Positions 1 to 13,140 of a stretch of DNA of 64,000 nt are shown here, one piece after another (the first letter of the stretch is position 1; each line of letters starts with the position of its first letter). Both the position numbers and the translations under genes were made by a program. This DNA is from Bigelowiella natans CCMP2755. Its lineage: Eukaryota; Protista; Cercozoa. The notes under the pieces were generated by a model. That model saw only the letters and a program-made list of their open reading frames with translations. It made no database searches and was not told where the DNA came from. The DNA is taken from positions 62,001-126,000 of the forward strand of contig ADNK01000772.1 of NCBI GenBank assembly GCA_000320545.1. The letters run 5' to 3'.

Positions 1-799
1 TAACCCTTAACTTACCAAAGTTGCTCCTTTTTTATTCACACAAGGAGACGACTTTCAACACCTTTCTTCAGAGTCTGTTGAATAAAATTGACTATTTAAT
101 AGATGTATATTCGATATAAAATAGACTAGTTGAAATATTGTTGGAACGGCACGTTTGTCTGTTGCAAGCTCGTCCAGGTAAATAGGGGTCCATCGGTGGA
201 GACGTGCAGTTGTAGTGTAGGAGGAGGGTCGCATCTTGCTTCTGTGCAGTAAAAGGTCTCGATATATCAGAATTTGAGGCCTTCGTTGTTGACCTTCGAA
301 ACAGAGACTATGGAAGCGGTGTTGTAGGAAAGCTTGAGGGTGTGAAGTTTGCAGATGCTCAGCTGATGAGCCTTCCTTTTGGATTGAGCCTTTGATTTCC
401 TTCCCATCTCAGAGTTCAAGAGGAGGGCTAGCCCTTTCTTCACTCGGATGCGGCGATTGATTTTACCGGTCCTCATCGTCAGTCGCCTCTTTCGAAAATA
501 TTCATAGTTTCTGGCTGCAGCTGCGATCATCTGATGTACTACGGTGCAGTTACCGACCCCTTCATTCGTAACATTAGGGGTTCCTTATCCTGGTGGGCAC
601 AGCTTTCGCAGGAAATGTGCGCACACGATTAGCCTCATCATGCTGTAACAGCCCACTGGCAACACGCGCTAGAACGGGGGGGGCACTGCCTTCTTCGAAC
701 GAACTCGGGTTGAGAGGACACCATAGAAAAGGCCAGGTGTTTGGCTAAGGAAAGAAAGAATATACTCCTACTACTTGGAACCATCGAAACACAACGAAA

Positions 800-838
<39 letters not shown>

Positions 839-967
839 CACTACTACATGCTCTTCATGCGATTGTGCTGGTGTATGGTGTCACAGGATAATAAGCTTGT
901 CGTAGCAACAAGAGCTTCCTCCATCTCAGCACCAACAACCACATCTTCATGGTCGTCTCATCTACAC

Positions 968-1030
<63 letters not shown>

Positions 1031-1569
1031 ACACGTGTTGCCTCCATGGCAAATGATCAATGCATAAAAGCGAGCTTTCGACTCTAGATGGCTGAAGCTC
1101 TTTTATTGTGTGGTGATACTGCGGGAGCCTATATGCCATTTCTCGCCTGTGCTATTGCTCGCGTCATATTATAGTGCCTGAAACGATTAAGTGCCCGGTT
1201 ATACATTAAACTGCCCTCCCTCCCGCCCTCCTCCTTCCCTCCTCTAATGGCTTCATTAAAGTGCTCCTTCTCCTGTGCAAAGTTCATTGAAGGAGAGAAA
1301 CTTGCGTTTGAGGCGGCTACACGGAAGTAACGATGACATCCATAAAAATTCCAGGGTATAACAATACCATCTAATGATAACTCTAAGATCGATTTGGTGA
1401 AAGGGCTTATGATAATGATGATGATGATGATGATGATGATGAGGGCTTTGTTTTGTCTATCTTGTGGATTTTGAACTATTAAAAAGTCATTACTCTTATA
1501 TCTATATACATCAGTGAATTGGACGCTGTGCGTGTGTGTGCGTGTGGGTGTTGCTGCTGTCCTTTACAG

Positions 1570-2367
1570 TTTCTCGCAGAAATGTTCTTCGGCGACAAAC
1601 TAGAGTCGTTAGATGTGAACCAGGATGATGATGAGGACACAATGCGAACATTGGTTGGTGCTTATATTAGTAGTAGTAGTAGTAGTAGCAGTATTAGCAT
1701 CAGCAAAGAGGGACAGTAGAGCAGCATCAAGAAAGAAGACTACCTCCTCTACACCCTTTTCCCTTCCCACATCTTTTATTATTCACTACTTTATGATTTA
1801 TCGACTACATACTTCAAATGCATCGTTGTGGCATCATCTTCATCACCATCACCATCACCATCATGATCCAACGACAACCTGTAATATTTCTGAACAAGAA
1901 CCTGGCCTTGGATTTCATCAAAAACATCACTGAGAAGGGGCTCATGCGCTTTTTCACGGAATCGGTCTGCCCCTGACACTTTGGATTGTAATAGCCTTGA
2001 TGATGAAGATGACCAGGATGGTGGTGATGATGATGATGATGATGGGGAGAAAGAGTTGAGGCCCGACTACTTGCTTCTCATATTAAATTATGCACCACAT
2101 AATATGTAGTTGTTCACTCTCCTCTCCTCCTCTTTCATGCACCTTCCTTACGATATATCATCTATCCTAGTATCAGGCAAAGGGAAAGGCACTTGAAGAT
2201 ATTAGAGAGGCAAGGGTACTAATGAGTAGTTTATTTCACGAAATTCTCTCTCTTTATCTCTCTTTCTTTCTCTTTCTCTGCATGTATATTGTGGTGTGTG
2301 GGTGGGTGTGTGTGTGTGTGTGTGTGTGTATTGAATAGATTTACTTGTTCACATTATTACCACTGCA

Positions 2368-2408
<41 letters not shown>

Positions 2409-2760
2409 CTTGACGGCTGCACTTCTTGATTACTGATTGATTTATATCACCCACCAATCATCACTCCTACAAAGGGCTTTGGTCTCCGACTAAAGGAGAG
2501 CGCACTAGAGAGGCTCAACGGCAAGCGTAGATTCCACGTCCTTATCATTGAGGTGGTGGTTTGGTTTTGCACGCACAGTTGACAGCGCCAATGTACATGT
2601 TGAGTATATACAAATGTTTTATTGATTCGAGGTCGTGTTGGCATTATCGATTCTCCAACAACATAGCAATGATTTATTTCCCCTCCTCCTTCCCGTTCAT
2701 CATCTATTTTTTCCTCCTTCCTCTTAACACATCATGTAGCTATCTCCTCTCTTCTCTCAC

Positions 2761-2808
<48 letters not shown>

Positions 2809-3162
2809 ATGTTCAGGACGAAAACGATAGGATCATTGGCACGGTAACGGCAGCTAAAACTGATCCAGATCCGCTCCCTTTGGTAGTGATTACCTCAATG
2901 AGAATTGAATGATTACCTCAATGAGAATTGAAACGAATGGGGGGGGAGGGGGGGAAGCAGTAAGCATTAGAAAAATGAACACCAAAATTCTCTGATTCCA
3001 TCGATATTAGCTATGCGAACAACCGATGGCAGATTACGCGCTCCTATTTGAACGAATCTCCACCTGTGTTGATGTTGATGTGTGCGTGTGTTTGTATGCA
3101 TACAGCCTCTAATATGGAAGGCGAATAAAGACCAATTCTATGTTAGCAACTTGGGTATATCA

Positions 3163-3203
<41 letters not shown>

Positions 3204-3569
3204 CGCGCGCGCGCATGTACGTGTGGTTATCAGCACTACTTTCTGTCCTCACTCCTTCCCTCTCTTTTGTCGTTGATGCTAGCAGCTTGGGAGGGGCTAA
3301 TGTTACAACTTGTACTCTACTACTGCATGAATACCCATGCCATATCATGTTCATTCAAAATTAGAATAGTTACCAAGGTAGAATAATCAGTTATATCTGA
3401 TAATGCTCGCCTCCCTCCCTCACCCCTCTGTGAGCAGCTATTGCCCAGTCTTTCCGTAGAAGAGGAATTGCAAAATGCCTCCTCAGAGCCACTGAAACAT
3501 TGGCGCATAGGTGTCTTTTCTTCCTCCAGTGATTGGATGCCTGATGATGATGATGATGATGATTTTTAT

Positions 3570-3608
<39 letters not shown>

Positions 3609-3800
3609 ATATGTTTGCCAGGTGGGGCTGTAGCAGCATATGGTTGCACGTGGAGGAGGACAACATACCTGCACTAAATCTCTACCAACGCAACGGGTGG
3701 GAGCTGCCTTGCCTTGCCTTTGTGTCTTGAAAGGACGGGGGAGAACACATGATAGCTCGTGCACCCCCTTCATTATCCCATTAGAAGAAAAGAAGGAGGG

Positions 3801-3832
<32 letters not shown>

Positions 3833-4346
3833 TCACAAGATTAGAGCAGTTACAAAGACGTGTGTCTGCATGCAGTAGCACTGCATCTTCCCCATCGACT
3901 TTCTTCTCTCCCGTTGCATGATGCAGGTATGAGCAGAGGGGCAGAGACCCATGGTGGAGATTCTCCAATCGAATCCTTCTCGTTAAGGTTGGTTGTGGGA
4001 AATCAGAGATGAGAGAATGTTGACAACACTGCTGTCCTTACATGATGGTAATGATGATGATGATGATGATGACGACGATGATGGTGATGTAGTTGATAAT
4101 GGAAAGCAGCTCATAGAACCTGCCAGGCTACTCAGACATTTATGCCTATTTGAGCGAATCAAACATTTCTATTATTCTCGCTTATGTAAATCTGTAGGAT
4201 CTAAGAAGTTAGCAGGTCTAGCTAGAGGTTCCTTCTCTACCATCATCTGCACGACTTCATACATTAACGTCAGCTGCAACTTAACAAATTTCCGTGTTAA
4301 AGTATGGAAGATCGAAGGCTCCTGCTGCAAGATCATAGAGATGTAA
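1570..4346 (+). CDS. GNAT-family N-acetyltransferase, multi-exon; 5' and 3' ends uncertain, core exons 2475-3987
   Basis: Spliced exons read ...FHVLIIE|DENDRIIGTVT...KDQFYVSNL|AIAQSFRRRGIAKCLLRATETLAHR|WGCSSIWLHVEEDNIPALNLYQRN|GYEQRGRDPWW. This contains the acetyl-CoA motif RxxGxA and the LHVxxxNxxAxxLY motif. Introns are GT-AG (e.g. 3155-3437). Further plus-strand exons may lie in 1-1400. Confidence 0.8.
2887..2932 (+). repeat. 23-bp perfect tandem duplication (TGATTACCTCAATGAGAATTGAA x2), probably intronic
   Basis: Two copies read directly at 2887-2909 and 2910-2932. Confidence 0.9.
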
Positions 4347-4992
4347 GTATCCATGATTCGTTGCATCGAAGAAATACATGAAGGTCGACAGCCTGGCTAG
4401 CTGGAGCTACCCACTTTGAGCGACAACATAGCAACGCTAGATGCATTGTCATGGACATTGCAGCTAGACCAGTAGTACAATACGTTGACACTGTGTACAT
4501 TAACGACAACTTTGCATTATTGGCTGTTAGCGCTCTCGCAATGCGTGGTGTGGCACGTGTGCATGTGCGCAATAAGGCACATGCTAGACATAGCTGTACA
4601 CATGACGAAGACATGTGTGCACCACACTAGTACACATATTCGCAGGTGTAACTGCATGGTGTATCAGAGTGCGATCTTCCGATCGAACAGGCTAGCAAGT
4701 AATGCTAGAATGATGCGATATCATGTATGCATCTCTAGATCTAGATATGCTAGCCAACACACATGTACATTACAATTGGCAATTTTGTACGCACAATTTG
4801 GGCAATCGAGTCGCTGACGACTGACACGATTAGCTGTGCGCAGCCAAAACATGTCTAGATGCGTAGTGCGGTGCTGCGTGCGCCGTAGTGTAATTCTTGC
4901 TTCATTCATGTTATTAAACACTGTGTAACTTCATGCAATATAAATTTCAGCCGATTCTCCTCTATGGCACTCGCGTCGAAACACCTTTGTTC

Positions 4993-5963
4993 TCACAACA
5001 CGAAGACTTTTTTGGAGAGGGGCTCAAGAGTCTTTTTCAAACGAAACCTACCATGCAGCAGGATGAGCTTTGATAATGTGTGGTTAGAATGACGATGATA
5101 GTGACGACGTGACGTGGTCAAAGCAATATCTACATGTTAAACCTTGCACACCCCATTCCCGTGTTGTAATGTGTAAATAATTTGTGCATCCTCGTGCGTG
5201 CTTATGCACGTTTGTTTTTGTGTGTGCAGCGTGTATGTGTGCATTCTAAGATACATTTCCTTGAGAGTCGGTCGTACGTCTCCGCTGTCCTTATCCAGAG
5301 TCCGCAAAACTTTGTTAGCAGCAGCAGCAGCAACAACAACAACAACCAGAAAGCAGGACAAATAAAATTCTCATGACCTCAATCATTGTCGACTTTCCGA
5401 TCATCATGCGTCAATGAGTAACTGCACCAGAAAAATCGAGCTCAAAGTAGTGCATGTGAGCCGTGAAGAAATTCGCAAAGGGCTACTATCTCAGAATATG
5501 TAAAAATTCTTTAGCTACTCTACTCACGATACTATGAGCCCAATGTTTGAAAAATATTATTAAGGTTGACAGTAAAAATCGAGATGCTTTCTCTCACATA
5601 GCCGAGCTGCTGGCAATTTATGATGCGTGTTCTCGCTAGATTGTTAGCAGCTACTTTCCAAGACTTCTTCCAGTGCCGTATCGTCCGTTTGGTCATAAAA
5701 CGACTCAACCTACCATATCAATGAGAAATAAAGAGTGATGCAATTGATAGGAATCATAATTTATGATAATGACGATGACTTTCCCTTCGCACTGAAGCGA
5801 CACCGGGAATTATCATCTCACGTGTACGATAAGCAGCACGCATGATATTGATATAATATTTCGCCTTGCGAAGCGAATGAAACTTAAAAAAACACCAGTG
5901 TCTTCGATATCCCCCATTAGTAGGTCTAAAGAATGCCACTATCATCACCACCACCACCATCTG

Positions 5964-5997
<34 letters not shown>

Positions 5998-8745
5998 AAC
6001 TTGCACTACTGGTATTCCGTTGTCGGGTTGAAGGAGAAAGGATATCGGGTTGTTGTCCACCAAAACGACCCTGGAGAGGTCCTCACCGCCCACTAGAGAT
6101 AAGTCCTTATTATGTCGCAAGGGGGGGGGGGGGGGGAGAAAAGAAGGAGGAGGAGGAGGAGGAGGAGGAAGGGGAGGAGAAGGAGAAGAGGCGGAGAAGA
6201 AGAATAACAAGCAGTGTCACAAGAAGAAGAAGATGTAGAGGTTCAGAACAAGAACGAAACTAATTCATCATTTGCTACAGCAGGTTCTCCACTTGAACCT
6301 CTTCTTCTTCCTCTTCTTCTTATTCATCTTGTTGTTGTTGTTGTTGTTGTTGTTTTACTACCTTGAGATACAACCCTAATTGGCTCGTGCAATGCTGAAC
6401 ATGAATCAGAAGAGCACAAACAGGAGGGACGATGTAAAGATAACAGGCGGAGCACAGAATAACACACCCGGAAACAACATATCCAAACCGTGTGTTGTGT
6501 TGTTGTTATTATCAATAATACTAATAGTTGTGTCTTGCTCGATCTGACTTGTCATTCTTCCCCATCCCTCTTACCCAACTTACTAATTTACTACCTGTCT
6601 GTAGAAGCGGCCTTTTAACTTTCGCTGCGCGTCCAGCATGTCCAGTAAGGGTGCCGCATATATCTGATGATGAGGATGATGATGATGATGGTGGTGGTGG
6701 TGGTTATGGTTGTGATGACGATACATGTCGCCCCGTTTGTCTTTGTCCATACTACTGATACTGGGTCTAGCTGGCTTCGATGTGCCGTATTCTCTCTACT
6801 TTGATAACGTCTGCGCGCGCGTGTGTGGGTGTGTCTAAGGGGGTGAGGGATCGCTGCTTTGCCGTTTATTCGTTTGCAAATGTGGTGTTTGTTCGTCATT
6901 TCAATCGATAAGTTCCCATACTGTACCTCCATCGCTGCTGTGAATGTATACCTTTGTTGAATAACAGTTGATAATTTATAATAATGTGGGGAGATGAGGG
7001 ATATGAGAGACAGTGTGGGGGAGCTCGGCGTTCTTATTCTTGGAAAAAAATCTCGTGCTGTCTTCTCAACCAAAATCGACGATATCTTGCACATTATTCG
7101 AATTTGGGTTCCAAGAAAGCGAAACAAACAGTACAAATATAATATAAATATCCCTCAACGATAACGTTGCAAGTCACAACCATGTATGGTAACAAAGTAT
7201 TATGCTGTTAAACGTGTCGCGGGAGACAATTCATCGTACAGTGGGTATTTTCGTTGTTCAATCACACTATCTATCCTCCTCGACACCAATGTTTAGCTGC
7301 TATGATGAGTTTGGTGAATGCAAACGGACGTTTCGAATTCCTCTAGAACATGCTTCAAGAACCAATCCAGCTGTAGCGGCAACCGATGATGAGAACACAA
7401 GTAAGGAGCAGGAACACGAAGCACACAACGACATAGTGACCATGAGCAGGAGCAAGAAATTGAAAAAAATGATGAGAGGACAGGTGCTGACAGAGCTGGT
7501 GTGTTCAAATTCAACAACAAAAAGCTTTTGCTGTGTGTCTAATTTAGCTATACATTACACCACCTTTGGTCGCTTGTTTACCCTGGCAGTGGCACCGTCC
7601 GCCACTGTTATGGCAAGGAGGGGGATCATTGATTTTTATCATCATTTTTGCACATGTGGAGAATGTAGGACAAAAGGGCAGACAACAAAATACACATCAT
7701 GGAACAAAGTGTGCATGTGGCGGCGTTTGTGTCAAAAGAACGGAACACTTAGTGCAGATAATGGTTTTGAGTGCTCCTTCATGGGTGATTGTAATTGTGG
7801 GAACGAATAAAATTGGTAGTTTTCCTCATGATGCACGACCACTCCCTCCTCCTCGTCTAACGATTATAGGATAGTAACTATTGCTGCTGCTGCTACTTTT
7901 AAGTTCCAATGACTCGACAGATTTCACTTGTCCCTGGTCAGGTCGATACTCGGCCTGCCTGATTAGGACAATAGGCCGAAGGTTTCACACAACCGCTGAC
8001 GATACTGTACGCTTTACTGCGCGAAATTCAACAGGGACTATGTCTCCTTTGACTCATTGATTGATACATGTACTACCAAAATATATATAATATAATAAAG
8101 CTATGAAGAGGGAATGATTGTTCAGTTACTTCTTCAACAATTTCGATCCCCCATATATCACCACATTGACCCATATATTACGACAGTGACAACGACAACA
8201 ACAACAACTACTACTACTACTACTACTACTACATTACATAACGTACCTTAGATCTTCGCGCAATTCGTCGTCGAACATCGTGTGTACCATACACTCGTCG
8301 ATGTCAAGCACCTATGGACAGGCAACAGAAGCACCGAAGGATTCGAGGACGAAACGGTGGGTAGGTGTATGGTTCTAGGGTAAGAGAGAGGAGAGAGAGA
8401 GAGGGGGGGGGGGGGGAGGGAGAGAGAACAATCATCCACTCCTGACCACTTTCAGCCTGTTTGAACTGGACACAGAGAAAGTCGATAATTGGCGTGCTGC
8501 TGTTGCTCCTGTTGTCACTCGTGGTAGTCCTCTGGAACTCCAGCGTCTGCTGATGTTCTTTCCAAACGTGAATGACGATGATGATGCCAATGCGCTGCTG
8601 GCCTCCCCATTCCAGATCCTGGTGTCAAAGGTAAATAATGCGGCCATTGTCAGGTGGTACAGAGAACGAGCTGGTATTTTTACGAAAGTATGTTGAAATT
8701 GTCGCTGACCCACCTGAGACCAGTCATCATCCTTCTGGTCGCCAT
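4993..8745 (-). CDS. NIF / CTD small phosphatase-like HAD phosphatase with an N-terminal presequence-like leader
   Basis: Exons join in frame: MATRRMMTGLR|IWNG...NRLKV|VLDIDECMVHT...|RQAEYRP...|MADGATARVNKRPK|LDWFLKHVLEEFET|YTFTAAME|IYAAPLLDMLD...RFYRQ|HCTSQLGLYLK|DLSLVGGEDLSRVVLVDNNPISFLLQPDNGIP|VESFYDQTDDTALEEVLE|ILRTLDK...|FRLKK...FVL*. The NIF motifs DxDE, KRP, FTA, YA, KDL and vDN are all present. Confidence 0.9.
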
Positions 8746-10271
8746 CGCAAGTAAGCACCGAAACTCCTCAGGTGTGCCTATTGTGGCAGCAAGCGGTGTA
8801 GCTTGATACGATATTTCCTGTTGCAGATCATACAAAGCAGTGAGTGCTATATTCCACGTCCTAAGATTGGAATGTACACCTGGAGGGGGGACGACGTAGA
8901 ATTTATCCTCAAGTTGCAGTGGTAGCCAGCACACGAGAAAGATGGAGTTTCTGCGTAGATCCAGTCTGAAAAACTACCAGGAAACTACGCGTGAAACGGA
9001 TGATGACCGCGTTACTCCTTCCTCACTACCAACACTACTGTCATCAACAGCGACGACATATGTTGAAGAATTATTTGGGAAAACATTGGACAATTTTTTC
9101 TTTTTTTCCATGTTTTTCATCATTGTCAGAGGTCGGATGGCCTTTTCTTTTGGTTGGAGGGCAGTTTTTGATGCATAACTCTCTTCATCTCATGAATTGC
9201 GACAACTCTGAAATGATTTAACATTTTGGTTCTTTTGATTGACTCACAACAAGAATCTACTATATTTCGTCTAAAAGAAAGAACGTCGGAACTTTCACTC
9301 GGAGAAAACTACGTCTTCAGACCTCCGACTCGCCCCTACACAACGGCCTTAAGAATCAAACTTGATCACACAGATCCCGAGACGCAGGGGCAAAATCCCC
9401 AGAACTTTTTCAAATGAGAAGGTTAAAAAGCTGCCTTTTCTCCTGAAGAAAGCTAGAAATGTAGTAGTAGGAGCTGCACATGTGGAGTAAAGCTGCCCTG
9501 ACTGGCTCAACCTTCCAGATATTTTTCGGACGTGTCATTTCTGCCAGTTTTCCCCTGTCTTAAACGTAGTCCCATAAATATTGCTTGAGTTTGAAGGAAT
9601 CGCGAGAGAATTTTGTCTTACGAAATGTCGGAAAAACGTTGTGCCTACGACAAACCCGGAAATCCACCAAATCCTAGAGAACTTGAACCAGAGATACTTT
9701 TAATTTTATCCGTGCGACATTTAGAATTAAGTTATTTTTGATTAAAACATGATGCAATCAGGCTGTTTCGGGATCTTTCTTGCTTCCGATTGAGTCTACA
9801 TCAACTAAAAACTTCAAAGCGTAAGCAAGCGCAAGGTCCAAGGTCAGCAGCAGTCTTTTGCGGCCTCTGCCCCCCTAACCACATGGCTTGTCCATTAACA
9901 CCTTCATTTTTTCTATGCACGCTGTATAGTTATTCTTTGTTTCAATTTGGGGAACAAATTCACAAATGCGATGGGATGTCCTTTCATACTCTCTAGAGAA
10001 GGAAGGACCCTTTCCTCATTGCACACGTCCTCCTCATTCACTTGGCCATCTCCAAAGATAAAGGGGAAAGGTCTGCTTTAAGGTCTAGTCAACACAATAA
10101 TTTGGCATTATTGTTGCACCTGTCATCTTTTATGTTTTTCAAAGAAAAAAAATGCTTAGTCGTAAGAAAGGGGCGAGTTTCATTTATAAACATTCATTTC
10201 GATCGTTGTTGTAAATTCAGTGGCATTTCAAAATATTCATATCGATCGTGATAGTGTAATCATATTATGAA

Positions 10272-11960
10272 GGGACTAAATTCTGTGCTTCTACGGAGCG
10301 TGCCTCCATTTACACGATGAATATGGATTCGGGAGAGGAAGGCAGTCCAATGGTAACATGTGGTTTTTAAAATGACGAGACCAGCGACCTTATTGTTCCA
10401 ATGTATGTAATCAGACCACTGATGCCCCAGGATCGAATACTTTTACCCCAAATCCCAGTCTTCACGAACCAGGTGCCTTAGCATCATCAACCATAGAATG
10501 CTTTTTGGTTACACAAAGAGTATCAGTCTTACCAGCACGCTCACATTCAAAATCCTTTCCCTTCTGTACCCTAGATGGCCCAATGAAACCGGGAGTGGTT
10601 CAGGCGCTGACATCCCTGACAAGAACAACATCATCTAGGAAGATTTACTTCGACGAGCAGCATGACGATAGCATGACCAAATCGCAGAGCAAAGATATTA
10701 GCGATACTAGCACGAAGGACGTTGATAGGTATAAAATGCGATTAATAACTAAATTAGAAATAGGGGGGTGGAAGAGAGGAGGATTATAGAATTCAACTCG
10801 GGGAATGGAAATCATTTGTGGTATTCAGCAGCTCATGTAAGCTCATGTATCTTTCTCAGGTTACCGAAGCTGAGAGAGGAGCCTTGTAAGGAGAGTCAAG
10901 ATGATCACCCCAGGGACGTAAATCGTAGCTCCAACGGCGTGCCCTCTTTGATGGAGGAAGTTGAAATGGCGCCTGCTGCGCGATCATCTTCGCCTCATGA
11001 CAGGAAGACCGCGAAACAATCGAATGTAATAATTCATTGCGGGCACATAAAGCTCTTCGTTTTTATTAACGTATGTGTAGTAAGTTTCGCTTGTGGCTTT
11101 ACTATTAAGGCAAAGAAGGAGGATGCAGGAGCCCCCCTTTGTGGCAGACGAATGTTACAGGGCGAAGTGCTCGCGACGTCCGCGAAGGAGGATCCTCTAT
11201 TTAAAGCTGGATTCCAAACGATTACAGTTACGCTTGGCCATCCTCTTGTACAGGTCAGCATGAACAAAATACAATATAAATTATTCTTACTCCGTTGTGG
11301 ATATGGAGAATGACGGATGTTGCTGTGCTTTGTGGCTTGCGGTCGTTGCTTGTCGTAAATGATAATATACAGTTGCATCGCTGGGTTGTAGCCGGTCTGG
11401 TGCACTGGGAGCTTGACGGTGTGAAGCAGATGGCAAATGCGTTGATGTACTTTATGTCGGAGTCGGAGCTGCAGCTCCTCACCGTGGATGGGCCTGTTCC
11501 CACACCACAAAAGAAGAAAAATAGTCCTTTCTCCATTGTATTGGAGCCGATCAAGAGAATAAGATATATTAGGGAGAACCGTGGAGAGATCCGGCCGTCA
11601 CAACTCAAGGTCTCAAGACGTCACGCCTGGTTTAGCTTTTCTCACACTCCTCATGATTTGTGTCAGATTCGAATCTTGGAAGACATTGTAGAAGCGAAAG
11701 AGAACTCGCAGCACATGATGCCACCCTGTCTCACGTGGCCATTTGCTATGTCATGGTAAGTTGACTTTCCTTTGTCTTCTTCGTCGTCTTCTTCGAATTC
11801 AAATACTATATTCTCAACACCATGCATTACTGGAACATTGTAAAGGTGGAACAAATGCACGAAGAAAAGGAAATTAGATGACGACGGGACAAGCAGTGAC
11901 AGCAAGGAAGCCTCAGTGGACTTCACCAAATGCTATGGCTGTGGCGGCAAAATCAAGCAG
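10272..11960 (+). CDS. Hypothetical multi-exon protein; probably extends upstream to ~9250 and downstream to ~12260
   Basis: Consecutive open exons with short GT-AG introns (e.g. LHRWVVAGLVHWELDGVKQMANALMYF..., IRILEDIVEAKEN..., WNKCTKKRK...KCYGCGGKIKQ). No recognisable domain. Confidence 0.5.
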
Positions 11961-13140
11961 GTGACGTGATAAATTGGAAACTTAATTTACGACTCTTAAT
12001 TGAATGAGTAGAATGGAATCAATGTACGTATGTTCATGACTAATGGTGAGAGTAAGGAGGGAAAGCATCAGACACATCACACATACAAACAAGAGAGAGA
12101 GAGCGAGAGAGAGAGGGGTTATTTGTTAACGAATAATGTATGACGGCGTATTAGGAGGTTTTCATGTTTCTTGATCACTCATTCTGTTCGGAGAAGTGTC
12201 GTACGAGGCAAATGAGAAGACCTTACAGAACTTACACGGCTAGGCCTTGGATGTCTTAAAAGATTAGAAAAGACTTCTCAAGTATAAAGATGAAGTATGT
12301 GAATATTATTAATAATGGCTTTCGGCGGCATAAAATTATAAGGTCAATGTGATCATTGCATGCTGCTCTCAATGTCACTTAATTTAATGTATCATCTCCC
12401 TAAGTAAAAGAAAATTAGCATTTAACATAGCTTTCTTGTAATTCAACTTAAAAAGATGTCTTACAAATGATGCGGCAAGCACTACGCAACAAGTCGCAGT
12501 GAAGCTGCACGGGTAGCCGTCGCACATTATCTTCATACGATACGGCATGCAGTCGTCAGTGATGCACATCGCTTATTGTGAATGGCACGCATAGCACAAT
12601 GGCTAGATGGACATCGTGGCGCGGCCGTTAGTTATCTAGTTATGTGCGCGCTGTGATGAATACCAAAGTAGTCAACAAAGTGACAGCGATGCAATGACGA
12701 AATAAGCGCGAGGCAAATACATCAAAACTACACCGATGTAACTCATGCACACATGTAATGCAAATTTAAATGTTGGCCAATCTAGCAATGTGATTGAACA
12801 ACAGCTGAGTGGACAGGTGTAGTGCCATATGGAGCGAGCGATAGCACTCGCAATGACTGGAATGGTGGATCGTGGTTCTCACGCCATCTGTGGAGGCTTG
12901 CAATTTTACCGAAAAAATGAAACAATTATTGGTGGAGGATGAACTTCCTCCTTCAGCGTTTATTAATTATGACTTTTTCACACTTATCTCGATCTGCTCA
13001 ACTACTGGAGTACCACATCGCGTACCTTAGTTGTCATGTAGGTAAGGCAAATAGCCTCCATTACCACACCTTGTTTCTTCATCAACCTGCCTTTTTCATC
13101 CAAAGGCTATCGCTGTCAATGAGCCACACAATTTCGATGA

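Noticed and set aside
1-12. TAACCCTTAA resembling a telomeric repeat
   Set aside because: It is a single imperfect unit with no array.
7202-7810. 202-aa plus-strand ORF
   Set aside because: It overlaps two NIF phosphatase exons and their introns on the opposite strand and has no domain or splice support.
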